Assembly (NCBI GenBank): GCA_021151615.1
Contig: JAGKXA010000002.1
Location: 4,920 to 68,919, forward strand
Length of the DNA stretch: 64,000 nt
Source: Cellvibrionaceae bacterium
GTDB lineage: Bacteria > Pseudomonadota > Gammaproteobacteria > Pseudomonadales > Cellvibrionaceae
Reading direction: 5' to 3'
Every line of letters starts with the position of its first letter. Position 1 is the stretch's first letter. The notes under the pieces were generated by a model. It was given only the letters and a program-made list of their open reading frames with translations. It was not told the DNA's origin and made no database searches. The position numbers and the translations under genes are program-made. Of this stretch, positions 30,727 through 40,066 are shown piece by piece.

Positions 30727-30785
30727 ACAAAAAAAGAGCCCCGCCGCGATATAACAGAAAGCTATATGATCGTCAGCAGGGCTAA
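30727..30785 (-). terminator. Long-stem terminator about 90-150 nt downstream of the small secreted-protein gene
   Basis: Minus strand AGCCCTGCTG...CGGCGGGGCT followed by CTTTTTTT. Confidence 0.7.
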
Positions 30786-30874
30786 TACACGAGGAGAAAT
30801 AAGGGAGATAGTCCAATCAAAACAGCAGCTTAAAGAAGCTCACTGCGCCAGAGACCAACTGGCGCAGCTATCAC

Positions 30875-31129
30875 TTAACGCTCAAAAGTTTGGGCCAGTT
30901 TGGCTTCCAGTTGTTCGTCGAGTTTGGCACTGGCCTTCTCGGTCAGAACATCAGTCTTTTGATCCAGTTCTTCAGCAATACGCGCTTCCGCGTCTTCCTG
31001 GGTTTCTACCCAAGCAGTCTTAACGCCGAGATCGGCAGCAGCAAGGGCTAGAGCTTGATCGTTAGCTTCTTCGGCGTAAACGCCAGTTGCGGCCAGTAAA
31101 GTAACTAGTAAGAGAGCAGTCTTTTTCAT
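30875..31129 (-). CDS. Small secreted acidic coiled-coil protein (84 aa)
   Basis: GGAGGA RBS; signal peptide MKKTALLLVTLLAATGVYA; E/K/A-rich helix. Confidence 0.85.
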   Translation of the reverse strand: MKKTALLLVTLLAATGVYAEEANDQALALAAADLGVKTAWVETQEDAEARIAEELDQKTDVLTEKASAKLDEQLEAKLAQTFER

Positions 31130-31533
31130 CGTGGGGTTCCTCCATTCGATGGTTTACATATCCAGTTGCCTTGTGAGCAACCTTTCTGTTTGTTGCTAAA
31201 GGGTTTAGGTTCACCAGTAACGCCACATTGGATTTGTTTTGTTACTGTATGTTACGCATGGTAACACATTTTTATATTCTGCCTAGCTGTTGATTAGGCT
31301 TTTTAGTTATACGAAACAAAATTTTGTGAATAAATACCGAAACTTAGCGATAAAACCTAATGGGGCTACAAAGTTTGGCGCCTGGTAACACATTGTTGAG
31401 TGGGTAACACTTTTTCGATGTTAGCTAAAATGAGTGTTACCTGCCGGAGATAAAGGGGGAGGGTAAATCTCGTGGTTGGGCCATTGGTGGTATCCTTTCG
31501 CCCATTCAAAACCTTGCAAAGACATCTATTCCT

Positions 31534-34320
31534 ATGACTCAACCGCAAAATACAGCACCTTTAGTGCTAGTTGATGGATCTTCCTATCTTTATCGTGCCT
31601 ATCATGCCCTGCCGCCGCTCACCAATTCCAAAGGCCAGCCCACAGGAGCAGTAAAAGGGGTAGTGAACATGATGCGACGCCTGCGTAAGGATTACCCCGC
31701 CAGCCAGATAGCCGTAGTCTTTGATGCAAAGGGCAAGACCTTTCGCGATGAAATGTTTGCTGAGTACAAGGCTAATCGCCCCCCTATGCCGGATGATTTG
31801 CGTCCGCAAGTGCAGCCGATTCACGACATAGTGCAAGCCATGGGATTGCCCCTGTTTGTGATTGAGGGCGTGGAAGCGGACGATGTGATTGGTACGCTCG
31901 CGCGTCAGGCAGCGGAGCGAAAAATGCCGGTGATTATTTCCACTGGCGACAAGGATATGGCGCAGTTGGTGAATGAGCATGTGACCCTGGTGAACACAAT
32001 GACCGACACAGTGCTGGACATTCCCGGTGTGAATGCCAAATACGGTTTCGGTCCAGAATTAATGATCGATTATCTCGCACTCATGGGTGATAAGGTCGAT
32101 AACATTCCCGGTGTACCGGGCGTAGGTGAAAAAACGGCGCAAGGATTAATTCAGGGTGCAGGTGGTCTGGATGCAATTTATGCGGATCTGGAAAAAATTC
32201 GCACGCTTTCATTTCGCGGCGCGAAAACAATGCCGGAAAAATTAATCGAACATCGCGAGATGGCTTATTTATCTTATCGGTTAGCGACAATTAAAACCGA
32301 TGTGGAATTACCCTTTGGTCCCGCCGAAATTATTTGCCAGCCAGCAGATAATTTGCGCCTGCAAGAATTATTTGAAGACTTGGAATTTAAAAGCTGGGCA
32401 ACTGAATTAAATAAAGTTGCTGCTGGCGCGGCTTCGGTTGATGCAATTCCTGCAGCGTCAAGCAGGGCAAATGAAGTCTCTGTTGAAAAGATTGATTTGC
32501 CGTTGGTTGTTGAAAAACACTACGACATAATTACCGACAAAAATATATTTTCCGACTGGTTATCGCGTTTACAACAGGCCAGCGCGTTTTCGTTTGATAC
32601 GGAAACCACTGCGTTGGAAATTATGGATGCAAAAATAGTTGGTATTAGCTTCGCGGTTGAAGCAGGCATTGCTGCCTATATTCCCTGTGCGCATGACTAC
32701 ATGGGAGCGCCGGAGCAATTATCGTTGGATTGGGTTCTCGCGCAACTCAAACCACTGTTGGAAGATGCGAAAAAAATAAAAATTGGCCAAAATTTAAAAT
32801 ACGATCGCAGTGTGCTACTTAATTACGACATCGAATTGTGTGGTATTGAATTCGATACCATGCTCGAATCCTATGTGTGGAATTCGATTGGTAGTCGCCA
32901 CAACATGGATGACCTTGCGCAAAATTATCTGGATTACAAAACGGTTACCTTTGAAGAAATTGCAGGTAAAGGCACCAAGCAGCTCAGCTTTAACCAATTG
33001 AAAATTGAAGATGCCGGCCATTATGCCGCAGAAGATGCTGATATTACGCTTCGTTTGCATCAATTCTTTTGGCCGCAGTTGGAACAAGTTGCCAGCTTGA
33101 AGTCCGTATTTCAAACCATTGAAATGCCACTGTTGCCGGTGCTGTCACATATCGAACGAAACGGCGCGCTGGTGGATGCAAAATTATTGGGGCAACACAG
33201 TGTGGAGCTGGGCGAACGATTAACTCAATTGGAACGCAAAGCCTATGAAATTGCTGGGCAAGAATTTAATCTGAGTTCGCCTAAACAATTGGGCGTGATT
33301 TTATTTGAGCAGCAAAAGTTACCAATAATTAAAAAAACGCCCACCGGTACACCATCGACGGCGGAAGAAGTTCTGCAAGAATTGGCGCTCGATTATCCAT
33401 TACCTAAAGTATTGATGGAATATCGCGGCCTGGCGAAATTAAAATCGACTTACACCGACAAATTACCGTTGGAAATTAACAAGCGCACTGGCCGTATTCA
33501 CACTAGCTATCATCAAGCTGTCGCGGCGACGGGCCGTTTATCATCGCAAGATCCCAACTTGCAAAATATTCCGATTAAAACTGAAGAGGGGCGTCGCATT
33601 CGCCAGGCGTTTATTGCTCCCGCTGGTTATAAGTTGGTTGCTGCGGACTATTCGCAAATTGAATTGCGCATTATGGCGCACCTTTCGGATGACGCTGGCT
33701 TGCTAAGCGCATTTGAAAAAGGTCTCGATGTGCATCGCGCGACGGCGGCAGAAGTATTCGGAGTAGGATTAGATGCTGTGACTCATGAAATGCGTCGCAG
33801 TGCCAAAGCAATTAACTTTGGCCTGATCTACGGTATGTCTGCCTTCGGACTTGCTAAACAATTGCATGTGGGGCGCAACGAGGCTCAGCAATATATTGAT
33901 CGCTATTTTGAGCGCTACCCGGGCGTGCAACGCTATATGAATAATATTCGTTCACTCGCGCATGAGCAGGGGTATGTGGAAACTATTTTTGGTCGCCGGT
34001 TATATTTGCCGGATATCAACGCCAAAAATAAAAACTTGCAAATGGCTGCCGAGCGCACTGCCATTAATGCGCCTATGCAAGGTACCGCCGCCGATATTAT
34101 TAAAACTGCAATGATTAAAGTGCAGAAATGGTTAGATGAAACCAATCTGGATGCAAAAATTATTATGCAGGTACACGACGAATTGGTGTTGGAGGTGGCT
34201 GAAATGCAATTGGATTTGGTACGTGCGGGGTTGATCGAGCGTATGTCCGCAGCTGCGAATCTCAAAGTTCCACTACTGGTAGAAGCGGGTATTGGAAATA
34301 ATTGGGACGAAGCGCACTAA
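31534..34320 (+). CDS. polA: DNA polymerase I
   Basis: LVDGSSYLYRAYHA 5' exonuclease, FDTET 3' exonuclease, ADYSQIELR, KAINFGLIYG, QVHDELV. Confidence 0.99.
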   Translation: MTQPQNTAPLVLVDGSSYLYRAYHALPPLTNSKGQPTGAVKGVVNMMRRLRKDYPASQIAVVFDAKGKTFRDEMFAEYKANRPPMPDDLRPQVQPIHDIVQAMGLPLFVIEGVEADDVIGTLARQAAERKMPVIISTGDKDMAQLVNEHVTLVNTMTDTVLDIPGVNAKYGFGPELMIDYLALMGDKVDNIPGVPGVGEKTAQGLIQGAGGLDAIYADLEKIRTLSFRGAKTMPEKLIEHREMAYLSYRLATIKTDVELPFGPAEIICQPADNLRLQELFEDLEFKSWATELNKVAAGAASVDAIPAASSRANEVSVEKIDLPLVVEKHYDIITDKNIFSDWLSRLQQASAFSFDTETTALEIMDAKIVGISFAVEAGIAAYIPCAHDYMGAPEQLSLDWVLAQLKPLLEDAKKIKIGQNLKYDRSVLLNYDIELCGIEFDTMLESYVWNSIGSRHNMDDLAQNYLDYKTVTFEEIAGKGTKQLSFNQLKIEDAGHYAAEDADITLRLHQFFWPQLEQVASLKSVFQTIEMPLLPVLSHIERNGALVDAKLLGQHSVELGERLTQLERKAYEIAGQEFNLSSPKQLGVILFEQQKLPIIKKTPTGTPSTAEEVLQELALDYPLPKVLMEYRGLAKLKSTYTDKLPLEINKRTGRIHTSYHQAVAATGRLSSQDPNLQNIPIKTEEGRRIRQAFIAPAGYKLVAADYSQIELRIMAHLSDDAGLLSAFEKGLDVHRATAAEVFGVGLDAVTHEMRRSAKAINFGLIYGMSAFGLAKQLHVGRNEAQQYIDRYFERYPGVQRYMNNIRSLAHEQGYVETIFGRRLYLPDINAKNKNLQMAAERTAINAPMQGTAADIIKTAMIKVQKWLDETNLDAKIIMQVHDELVLEVAEMQLDLVRAGLIERMSAAANLKVPLLVEAGIGNNWDEAH

Positions 34321-34388
34321 AACCATTGCTATGCTTACAGGGATGTAAGGCTCCGGTATAGATTAAGTAGGAGAGGGAGTTGTTGTTG

Positions 34389-35306
34389 ATGCGAAAAGTA
34401 ATAACCCAGTTGTTAATAACATTATTGTGGCTGAACACGACCTCGGCGCGTGCCGAATTTGTTGTCAGTCATCGCTCTCCTTATGCTCCCGGTGATACTC
34501 ATCACGAATACAGCACTGCGCTCCTGCAGCTTGCATTGGAAAAAACCCGTGCTGATTACGGCGATTTTCGCCTTAATCCCATACCTCCGCGCAATTATGC
34601 CCGTGCACTCAAAGCGCTGGTGGATGACGCCTATCCCAATTTGGTCATTGAAACCAGTTATGAACAATCGTTAGCGCGTAATGGCAATTTAACCTTTATC
34701 AATTTTCCAGTTGATTTGGGGGTACTTGGTTATCGCGTTTGCTTTATGAATCCCAAGCTCAACGCGGCGGGTCTTGATATCAAAACCTTGAAGGATTTAC
34801 TGCCCTACACCTTTGCACATGGTGTGGGCTGGGCAGATACCACTATTTTTCGCCACAACGGGCTTAAGGTGCGCGAGATAGATAATTACGATGCTGTTTT
34901 TTTAATGGTGATTGGCGGACGGGTCGATTTTTTTTGCCGGGGTGTGAATGAAGTACTAGGAGAAACGAAGCAATTCAGTCATTTGGACAATCTAATGCTT
35001 GATGATCAATTTATGCTGGTGTATCCGCTGCCCAGATTCTTCTACTTTAATGCCAAAAGCAAACTGGCGCAGGAGCGAATTGAGGCGGGTTTGAAACGCG
35101 CTTATAGCGACGGGTCCTTACAGTCCCTATGGAAAAGTTATTACCACGCCAGTCTGGATCATGTGAAGCTGAAGGGGCGCAGGATTATCCGGATGCAAAA
35201 CCCTCTGATCCGGGACCTGAAGGTGTTCCCGGTGACGGATTTCATGGAGTTGCTTGATGAAAAAACACCGAAAACGCAAGCAGTTGTTTCATCCAAAGCA
35301 AAATAA
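34389..35306 (+). CDS. Orphan periplasmic substrate-binding protein (type II PBP-like)
   Basis: Signal peptide, G.LGYRV, G.GWAD..I...NG, GRVDFF.RG..E, L.YP...FFY, LA.RIE.GL. Confidence 0.8.
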   Translation: MRKVITQLLITLLWLNTTSARAEFVVSHRSPYAPGDTHHEYSTALLQLALEKTRADYGDFRLNPIPPRNYARALKALVDDAYPNLVIETSYEQSLARNGNLTFINFPVDLGVLGYRVCFMNPKLNAAGLDIKTLKDLLPYTFAHGVGWADTTIFRHNGLKVREIDNYDAVFLMVIGGRVDFFCRGVNEVLGETKQFSHLDNLMLDDQFMLVYPLPRFFYFNAKSKLAQERIEAGLKRAYSDGSLQSLWKSYYHASLDHVKLKGRRIIRMQNPLIRDLKVFPVTDFMELLDEKTPKTQAVVSSKAK

Positions 35307-35402
35307 ACTGAAAATTGTTGACCTGGTATTCTTTTAACACATTGATTTTTAAGATAATTAATAATTAACAAAAAATTGTGCAATTTTTTTTGCAAAAAGA
35401 TT

Positions 35403-35430
35403 GAACTTAATGGAAGGGGGCTGGGTCTCA
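35403..35430 (+). promoter_or_regulatory. SigmaE/AlgU-type promoter 1
   Basis: GAACTT-N17-TCTCA, preceded by an AT-rich tract. Confidence 0.75.
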
Positions 35431-35434
35431 GTAA

Positions 35435-35539
35435 TGTGTGTTTTACGATCATGAGCTAACTCCTCCCCTATTGGCACTTAAGCCAGCTGAGCGAAGTTTT
35501 TAGATGCTAAGCAAACCCCGGACTTCCGGGGTTTTTTTT
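35435..35539 (+). ncRNA. Candidate sRNA 1 (about 105 nt) at the ErsA/Spot42 syntenic position
   Basis: Promoter, no credible ORF, CTCCTCCCC anti-SD-like tract, terminator AAACCCCGGA-ct-TCCGGGGTTTTTTTT; lies between polA and engB. Confidence 0.75.
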
Positions 35540-35611
35540 CGCCTGATATTTCTGCCTTGATTCTGAATTGTGCAAAAACTGTTGCAGTTACAAAGCTTTA
35601 CGTTTTAGCCA

Positions 35612-35639
35612 GAACTTTTCGGGATTTGTCCGGGTCAGA
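35612..35639 (+). promoter_or_regulatory. SigmaE/AlgU-type promoter 2
   Basis: GAACTT-N17-TCAGA. Confidence 0.7.
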
Positions 35640-35644
35640 GGTTA

Positions 35645-35763
35645 CAGTTGATTGATGCCGGCGTTTGCGCAACGAGAGAGCCGCCCATCAATCCCGCTTG
35701 TGTCTTGTCCTTGGTCGTCTGACCTAAGCCCATCTGGCATCACCCCAAGGGTGCCAGTTTTTT
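35645..35763 (+). ncRNA. Candidate sRNA 2 (about 120 nt)
   Basis: 5' hairpin GATTGATG/CATCAATC, pyrimidine-rich linker, terminator CTGGCATC...GGTGCCAG-TTTTTT, then a second plus-strand hairpin with a T-run. Confidence 0.6.
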
Positions 35764-35793
35764 CCGATGATTTACCCAAATCATCGGATTTTT

Positions 35794-36432
35794 TTATTGC
35801 GCTTCCACATCAGATTCTGGGGCGACTGCCTCAGGTGTCAGCCAGGTTTGCAATTTCGCTTTCAGGTCATCAAGGCCGGTATACTTCAGGGCCGAGAAGC
35901 ACTGGATGCTGGTGGATTTGTCCAACCCCAGGTGTTTCAACTCCTTTTTTACTACGAACAAGCTGTTCATGGCCTGGCTGCGACTGAGTTTATCGGCCTT
36001 GGTCAGCAGGATATGCACGGGCATATGGCCGCGTTTGGCCCAGTCGAGCATAGTCGTATCAAATTCCTGCAGTGGGTGACGTATATCCATCAGCAACACC
36101 AGTCCTTTCAAGGATTGGCGTTTTTGCAGGTATTCGGAAAGGTCACGCTGCCATTTCTCTTTTTGCTCGCGTGATACCTTGGCGTAGCCATAGCCCGGCA
36201 GGTCGACCAGTCGCTGGTAATCACTCAGGTTAAAGAAGTTAATCAGTTGGGTGCGCCCCGGGGTTTTACTGGTACGCGCCAGTTTCTGGTTAGTTAAGGC
36301 ATTGATCGCGCTGGATTTGCCTGCATTGGAGCGGCCGGCAAAAGCTACTTCGTAGCCGACTTCGGGGGGGCACTCGCGGATACTGGGAGCGCTGGTGGAA
36401 AAATAAGCCTTGGTAAATACGATCTCGGTCAA
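35794..36432 (-). CDS. engB: Ribosome biogenesis GTPase YihA/EngB
   Basis: GRSNAGKSS, SKTPGRTQ, DLPGYGYA, TKADK. Confidence 0.98.
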   Translation of the reverse strand: MTEIVFTKAYFSTSAPSIRECPPEVGYEVAFAGRSNAGKSSAINALTNQKLARTSKTPGRTQLINFFNLSDYQRLVDLPGYGYAKVSREQKEKWQRDLSEYLQKRQSLKGLVLLMDIRHPLQEFDTTMLDWAKRGHMPVHILLTKADKLSRSQAMNSLFVVKKELKHLGLDKSTSIQCFSALKYTGLDDLKAKLQTWLTPEAVAPESDVEAQ

Positions 36433-36657
36433 GATAATAACCCTTCAAAATAGTGTGTTATTACCGCGTTGGTAATATAATGCCGCCGCTTTTACCGGCT
36501 GCGGTGCGTGCCAAAAGGCGGAATTACGGCGGAACAGGGGGAGATTGTAGCTTGTCAGCTTCTGATTAAGCGAATTTAAAACCTCATCACCGCGCATAAC
36601 TGCTATATAAAGACGCACGTATAACAATCAGATTCATCGATCAAATCGGGTTAGCCA

Positions 36658-37341
36658 ATGAAACATATCGTACGAAATGCACTCTTATCGCTGGGTTTGG
36701 TTGCTGTAGCCCAGGGCGCTATGGCCGCTGGAGACGCAGCTGCAGGCGCTACCAAAGCAGCAGTTTGTGGCGCTTGCCACGGTGCTGACGGCAACAGCAT
36801 GGTTGGAACCTTCCCTAAATTGGCTGGCTTGGGCGAGAGATACCTATTGAAGCAAATGTCAGATATCCAGGCTTGGGATTTGGAAGCTGATGCCGCCAAG
36901 AAAGAAGTGACTGGGCGCAAAGTGGCAGAAATGACCGGCTTGCTCGCCAAAATGACCAAGCAGGATTTGGAAGACCTCGCAGCGCACTTCGCCGCCCAGA
37001 CTACTCAGTTGTCCGGCTCCAAGAAAATAGAAGTACAGGTGAACTCAGGTATTAAAGTAGATGGCCTGGAATTGGGTGAGCGTACCTACCGCGCGGGCAA
37101 CCCGACGACCGGAGTGCCTGCCTGTACCGGCTGTCATGCTCCGGATGGCAAAGGTAATATTCCTGCCGGTTTCCCGCGCTTGAGCGGCCAACATCCTGAG
37201 TACATTGAAAAGCAATTGCGTGCTTTCCGCGCCGGTGACCGTAAGAATGACGGCGATCAGTCAATCATGCGCTCCGTAGCAGACAAGATGAGCGATGCTG
37301 AAATTATTGCACTGGCCAACTATATCGCTGGCCTGAACTAA
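36658..37341 (+). CDS. Dihaem cytochrome c4
   Basis: Signal peptide, CGACH and CTGCH, distal Met residues; engB-c4-dsbA synteny. Confidence 0.95.
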   Translation: MKHIVRNALLSLGLVAVAQGAMAAGDAAAGATKAAVCGACHGADGNSMVGTFPKLAGLGERYLLKQMSDIQAWDLEADAAKKEVTGRKVAEMTGLLAKMTKQDLEDLAAHFAAQTTQLSGSKKIEVQVNSGIKVDGLELGERTYRAGNPTTGVPACTGCHAPDGKGNIPAGFPRLSGQHPEYIEKQLRAFRAGDRKNDGDQSIMRSVADKMSDAEIIALANYIAGLN

Positions 37342-37365
37342 GCAATAACAGCTCGCAGGGCGATG

Positions 37366-37392
37366 AAAAGGGCGACTTCGGTCGCCTTTTTT
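37366..37392 (+). terminator. Rho-independent terminator
   Basis: AAAAGGGCGAC-ttcg-GTCGCCTTTTTT. Confidence 0.9.
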
Positions 37393-37445
37393 GTGTCTGC
37401 TCTTTACAGATGGGGGCGGGCGCTGGAAAATCCGGGCCACGTGGG

Positions 37446-37472
37446 GAACTTGCCGGGCGCCTGTGTGACTAA
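37446..37472 (+). promoter_or_regulatory. Putative sigmaE-type promoter of dsbA
   Basis: GAACTT-N16-ACTAA, same geometry as the rpoH candidate. Confidence 0.5.
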
Positions 37473-37536
37473 TCAGGCAGAATTCCCCTGACACTTACAC
37501 CATTAACATTACACAATAAAAGATTGAGGAGCGTTT

Positions 37537-38169
37537 ATGCGTATTTTGGTTGCCCTGCTGGGTCTGGTTTTTTCCCTGAGTGCCTGCGCCCAGGAAAAGT
37601 CGAGCGAATATCTGGAAGGCCAACACTATGTGGTGCTGGAGACTCCGGTACGCACCGCTGACCCCAGCAAGATTGAAGTGGCTGAAGTATTCGCCTACTC
37701 CTGTCCGCATTGCTTCCATTTCGAGCCGTTGTTGCAAGCTTGGGAAAAGAAAATGCCCGCTGATGTTTACCTGGTGCAAACTCACGCTATGTGGAACCCG
37801 GGTATGGAGCCGTTGATTCGTGGTTATTACACGTCCTTGACCCTGAAAGTGAAAGAGCAAACCCATATGGCAGTGTTTAATGCCCTGCACATGGAGCACA
37901 AAAACTTTTCTACTGCCGAAGAGTGGGCAGATTTCTTTGCAATCTATGGTGTGGACAAGGCTAAGGCTATCAGTACCTACAACTCCTTTGGTGTCACCAG
38001 CCAGATCAAACAGGCCGAAGCGCGCGCGCGTGGATACAAGGTTACCGGTACCCCCGAATTGGTAGTGAATGGCAAGTATCGTGTCAGCTCCCGCTTGACT
38101 GGTGGACATGAAGAAATGCTGAAAGTGGTGGATTTCCTGATCGCCAAAGAGCGCGCTGCGAAAAAATAA
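37537..38169 (+). CDS. dsbA: Thiol:disulfide oxidoreductase
   Basis: CPHC active site, cis-Pro GTP, VNGKY. Confidence 0.97.
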   Translation: MRILVALLGLVFSLSACAQEKSSEYLEGQHYVVLETPVRTADPSKIEVAEVFAYSCPHCFHFEPLLQAWEKKMPADVYLVQTHAMWNPGMEPLIRGYYTSLTLKVKEQTHMAVFNALHMEHKNFSTAEEWADFFAIYGVDKAKAISTYNSFGVTSQIKQAEARARGYKVTGTPELVVNGKYRVSSRLTGGHEEMLKVVDFLIAKERAAKK

Positions 38170-38192
38170 TTCTCAACGCTGAGCCGTTTTTC

Positions 38193-38231
38193 AAAAAGCC
38201 CGCAGCTTTACAACTGCGGGCTTTGTTTTTT
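38193..38231 (+). terminator. Rho-independent terminator
   Basis: AAAGCCCGCAG...CTGCGGGCTTTGTTTTTT. Confidence 0.85.
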
Positions 38232-38325
38232 CCAGTGTTTTTATAGCTGCCATCCATAGACGTTCGGTTCCCTGTCTATACTCAGTCTTACCTTTACAGT
38301 GAGCGAGCGGGTGTGCAGACAGCTT

Positions 38326-40053
38326 ATGACGGTCAATTCAGGCGATAAAAATAACTGGCGGGAAAAATATCTTGGCGCTCTGGATGAGCAGGAGCAGTTG
38401 GAGAAAAAATCTGCCCGACAACAGGAGTTATTGCGCAGCGCATTGGTGCGGGTGAGCCTTGCAGCCGATGGCCAGGATGAAGCGCTGGATAGCATTTTGT
38501 TGCGTTTACGTGAAAGCTTGCGCGGTGAGTTTAACTCTGCCGCGATTGGCAAAACTCTGGAGCAAGTGGAAAAAGCGGCTTTAGCATTTGAGGCCCACCG
38601 TGATCAGGCTGGGCAGGATGTGCGCAGTGCCTTGACGGAATTAGCTAAATCACTGCAGTCGTTGAAGTTATCCAGGGGTGCTGCCAAGGAGCTGGATAAT
38701 TATTTAACCCAACTGCCGGAGCGCAGTAAAAAAATCCGCTTGTACCCGGCGCTGCTGCAAGAGCTGGCGCGCATCCAACAGCAAGTGCTAGCTGAAATTG
38801 AACAGCCAAAAACCGGCTTTTTGGGAAAGTTGCTGGGCACCAAAACGGTGGATACCGGCAAACCTGAGGGGGTAGCTGCTGATGAAGACGACTACATCGA
38901 CAGCCTGCCATTGCCTGTTGAAGCTGCCGCACCCGCAAATGAATCAGTCGCTACGCCTGCGGTTAAATCCACTGTAGCGGTTGTTGAAAACCCGGTACGG
39001 CAGGATGATAAAAATGCTGCTCTTGCTGCACAAATTGCCGGGGTTCTTAAAGATTTTCTCTGTAGCCTGGAAAATGAAGCGGCCATTAAAACCCGGGTTA
39101 GCCGGATTAGTGCCAAGCTCGCCGAAGGTATGGCCCCCGAGCTGCTTGTTCCCACCCTGGAAACTATCCGCGATCTGGTGATGGAGGCTTATCTTGCCGA
39201 CAACCAAGCCTTTGCCAGTTACCTCAAGAACGTCAATCAGGAACTTGCCGAGATTTATGCGGTGCTGGGTGGTGCGGTTAAGCACTCGCAAAATGAGCGC
39301 GAAGTTTCGCGCAAATTCCAGGATGAGATGATGCGCGAGATGGGTGAGCTTGAGTCATCTGCTGCCAAGGCAACTGATCTCAACCAATTAAAAGATCGTG
39401 TGAAATCGCAGTTGGGCAACATCCGCCAGGCACTGGATTCTTACCAGCATGGCGATCAAGCCCAGCAGCAACTGGCGCAGCAACTGGAAACCCTGGGAGC
39501 TAAAATCAAAACCATGGAAGTGGAAGCCGAAAAAAATCGCTCTACACTGGAAAAACATCGGCAAAAAGCCCTGCAGGATCCACTTACCGAATTACCCAAT
39601 CGCGAAGCCTACAACGAACGCGCTACCGCAGAAGTGCAACGCTGGCAGCGTTATGGGCGCCCTTTGAGTGTAGCCATTTTTGATATAGACCACTTCAAAG
39701 GTATTAATGATACCTTTGGTCATCAGGCGGGTGATCGGGTGATTAAAGTCATTGGTCGCTCTATTGCCAAGCGTTTACGTGAAGTGGATTTCTTTTGTCG
39801 CTATGGCGGCGAAGAATTTGTAGCGCTTATGCCTGAAACCGATAGTAAAACGGCGTTGGCGGTGTTGGAAAAAGTGCGCGAGTCTATCGCCAACGCGTCC
39901 TTCAATTACAAAGAACAACCCATCACTATTACCGTTTCCATCGGTCTTACCGAATTTAAAACCGGTGATGATCTGGAAGTGGCATTTGAACGGGCTGATC
40001 AGGCGCTTTACAGCGCGAAATCTTCTGGCAGAAATCGTTGCCAACTTTTGTGA
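38326..40053 (+). CDS. Cytoplasmic coiled-coil diguanylate cyclase
   Basis: DPLTELPNR, DIDHFK.INDTFGH, RxxD I-site (REVD) and intact GGEEF. Confidence 0.95.
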   Translation: MTVNSGDKNNWREKYLGALDEQEQLEKKSARQQELLRSALVRVSLAADGQDEALDSILLRLRESLRGEFNSAAIGKTLEQVEKAALAFEAHRDQAGQDVRSALTELAKSLQSLKLSRGAAKELDNYLTQLPERSKKIRLYPALLQELARIQQQVLAEIEQPKTGFLGKLLGTKTVDTGKPEGVAADEDDYIDSLPLPVEAAAPANESVATPAVKSTVAVVENPVRQDDKNAALAAQIAGVLKDFLCSLENEAAIKTRVSRISAKLAEGMAPELLVPTLETIRDLVMEAYLADNQAFASYLKNVNQELAEIYAVLGGAVKHSQNEREVSRKFQDEMMREMGELESSAAKATDLNQLKDRVKSQLGNIRQALDSYQHGDQAQQQLAQQLETLGAKIKTMEVEAEKNRSTLEKHRQKALQDPLTELPNREAYNERATAEVQRWQRYGRPLSVAIFDIDHFKGINDTFGHQAGDRVIKVIGRSIAKRLREVDFFCRYGGEEFVALMPETDSKTALAVLEKVRESIANASFNYKEQPITITVSIGLTEFKTGDDLEVAFERADQALYSAKSSGRNRCQLL

Positions 40054-40066
40054 CAGGAAGTATGCG

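Noticed and set aside
35652..36174. Plus-strand ORFs of 111 and 135 aa
   Set aside because: They cross terminator hairpins or lie antisense to engB, with no RBS or recognisable motifs
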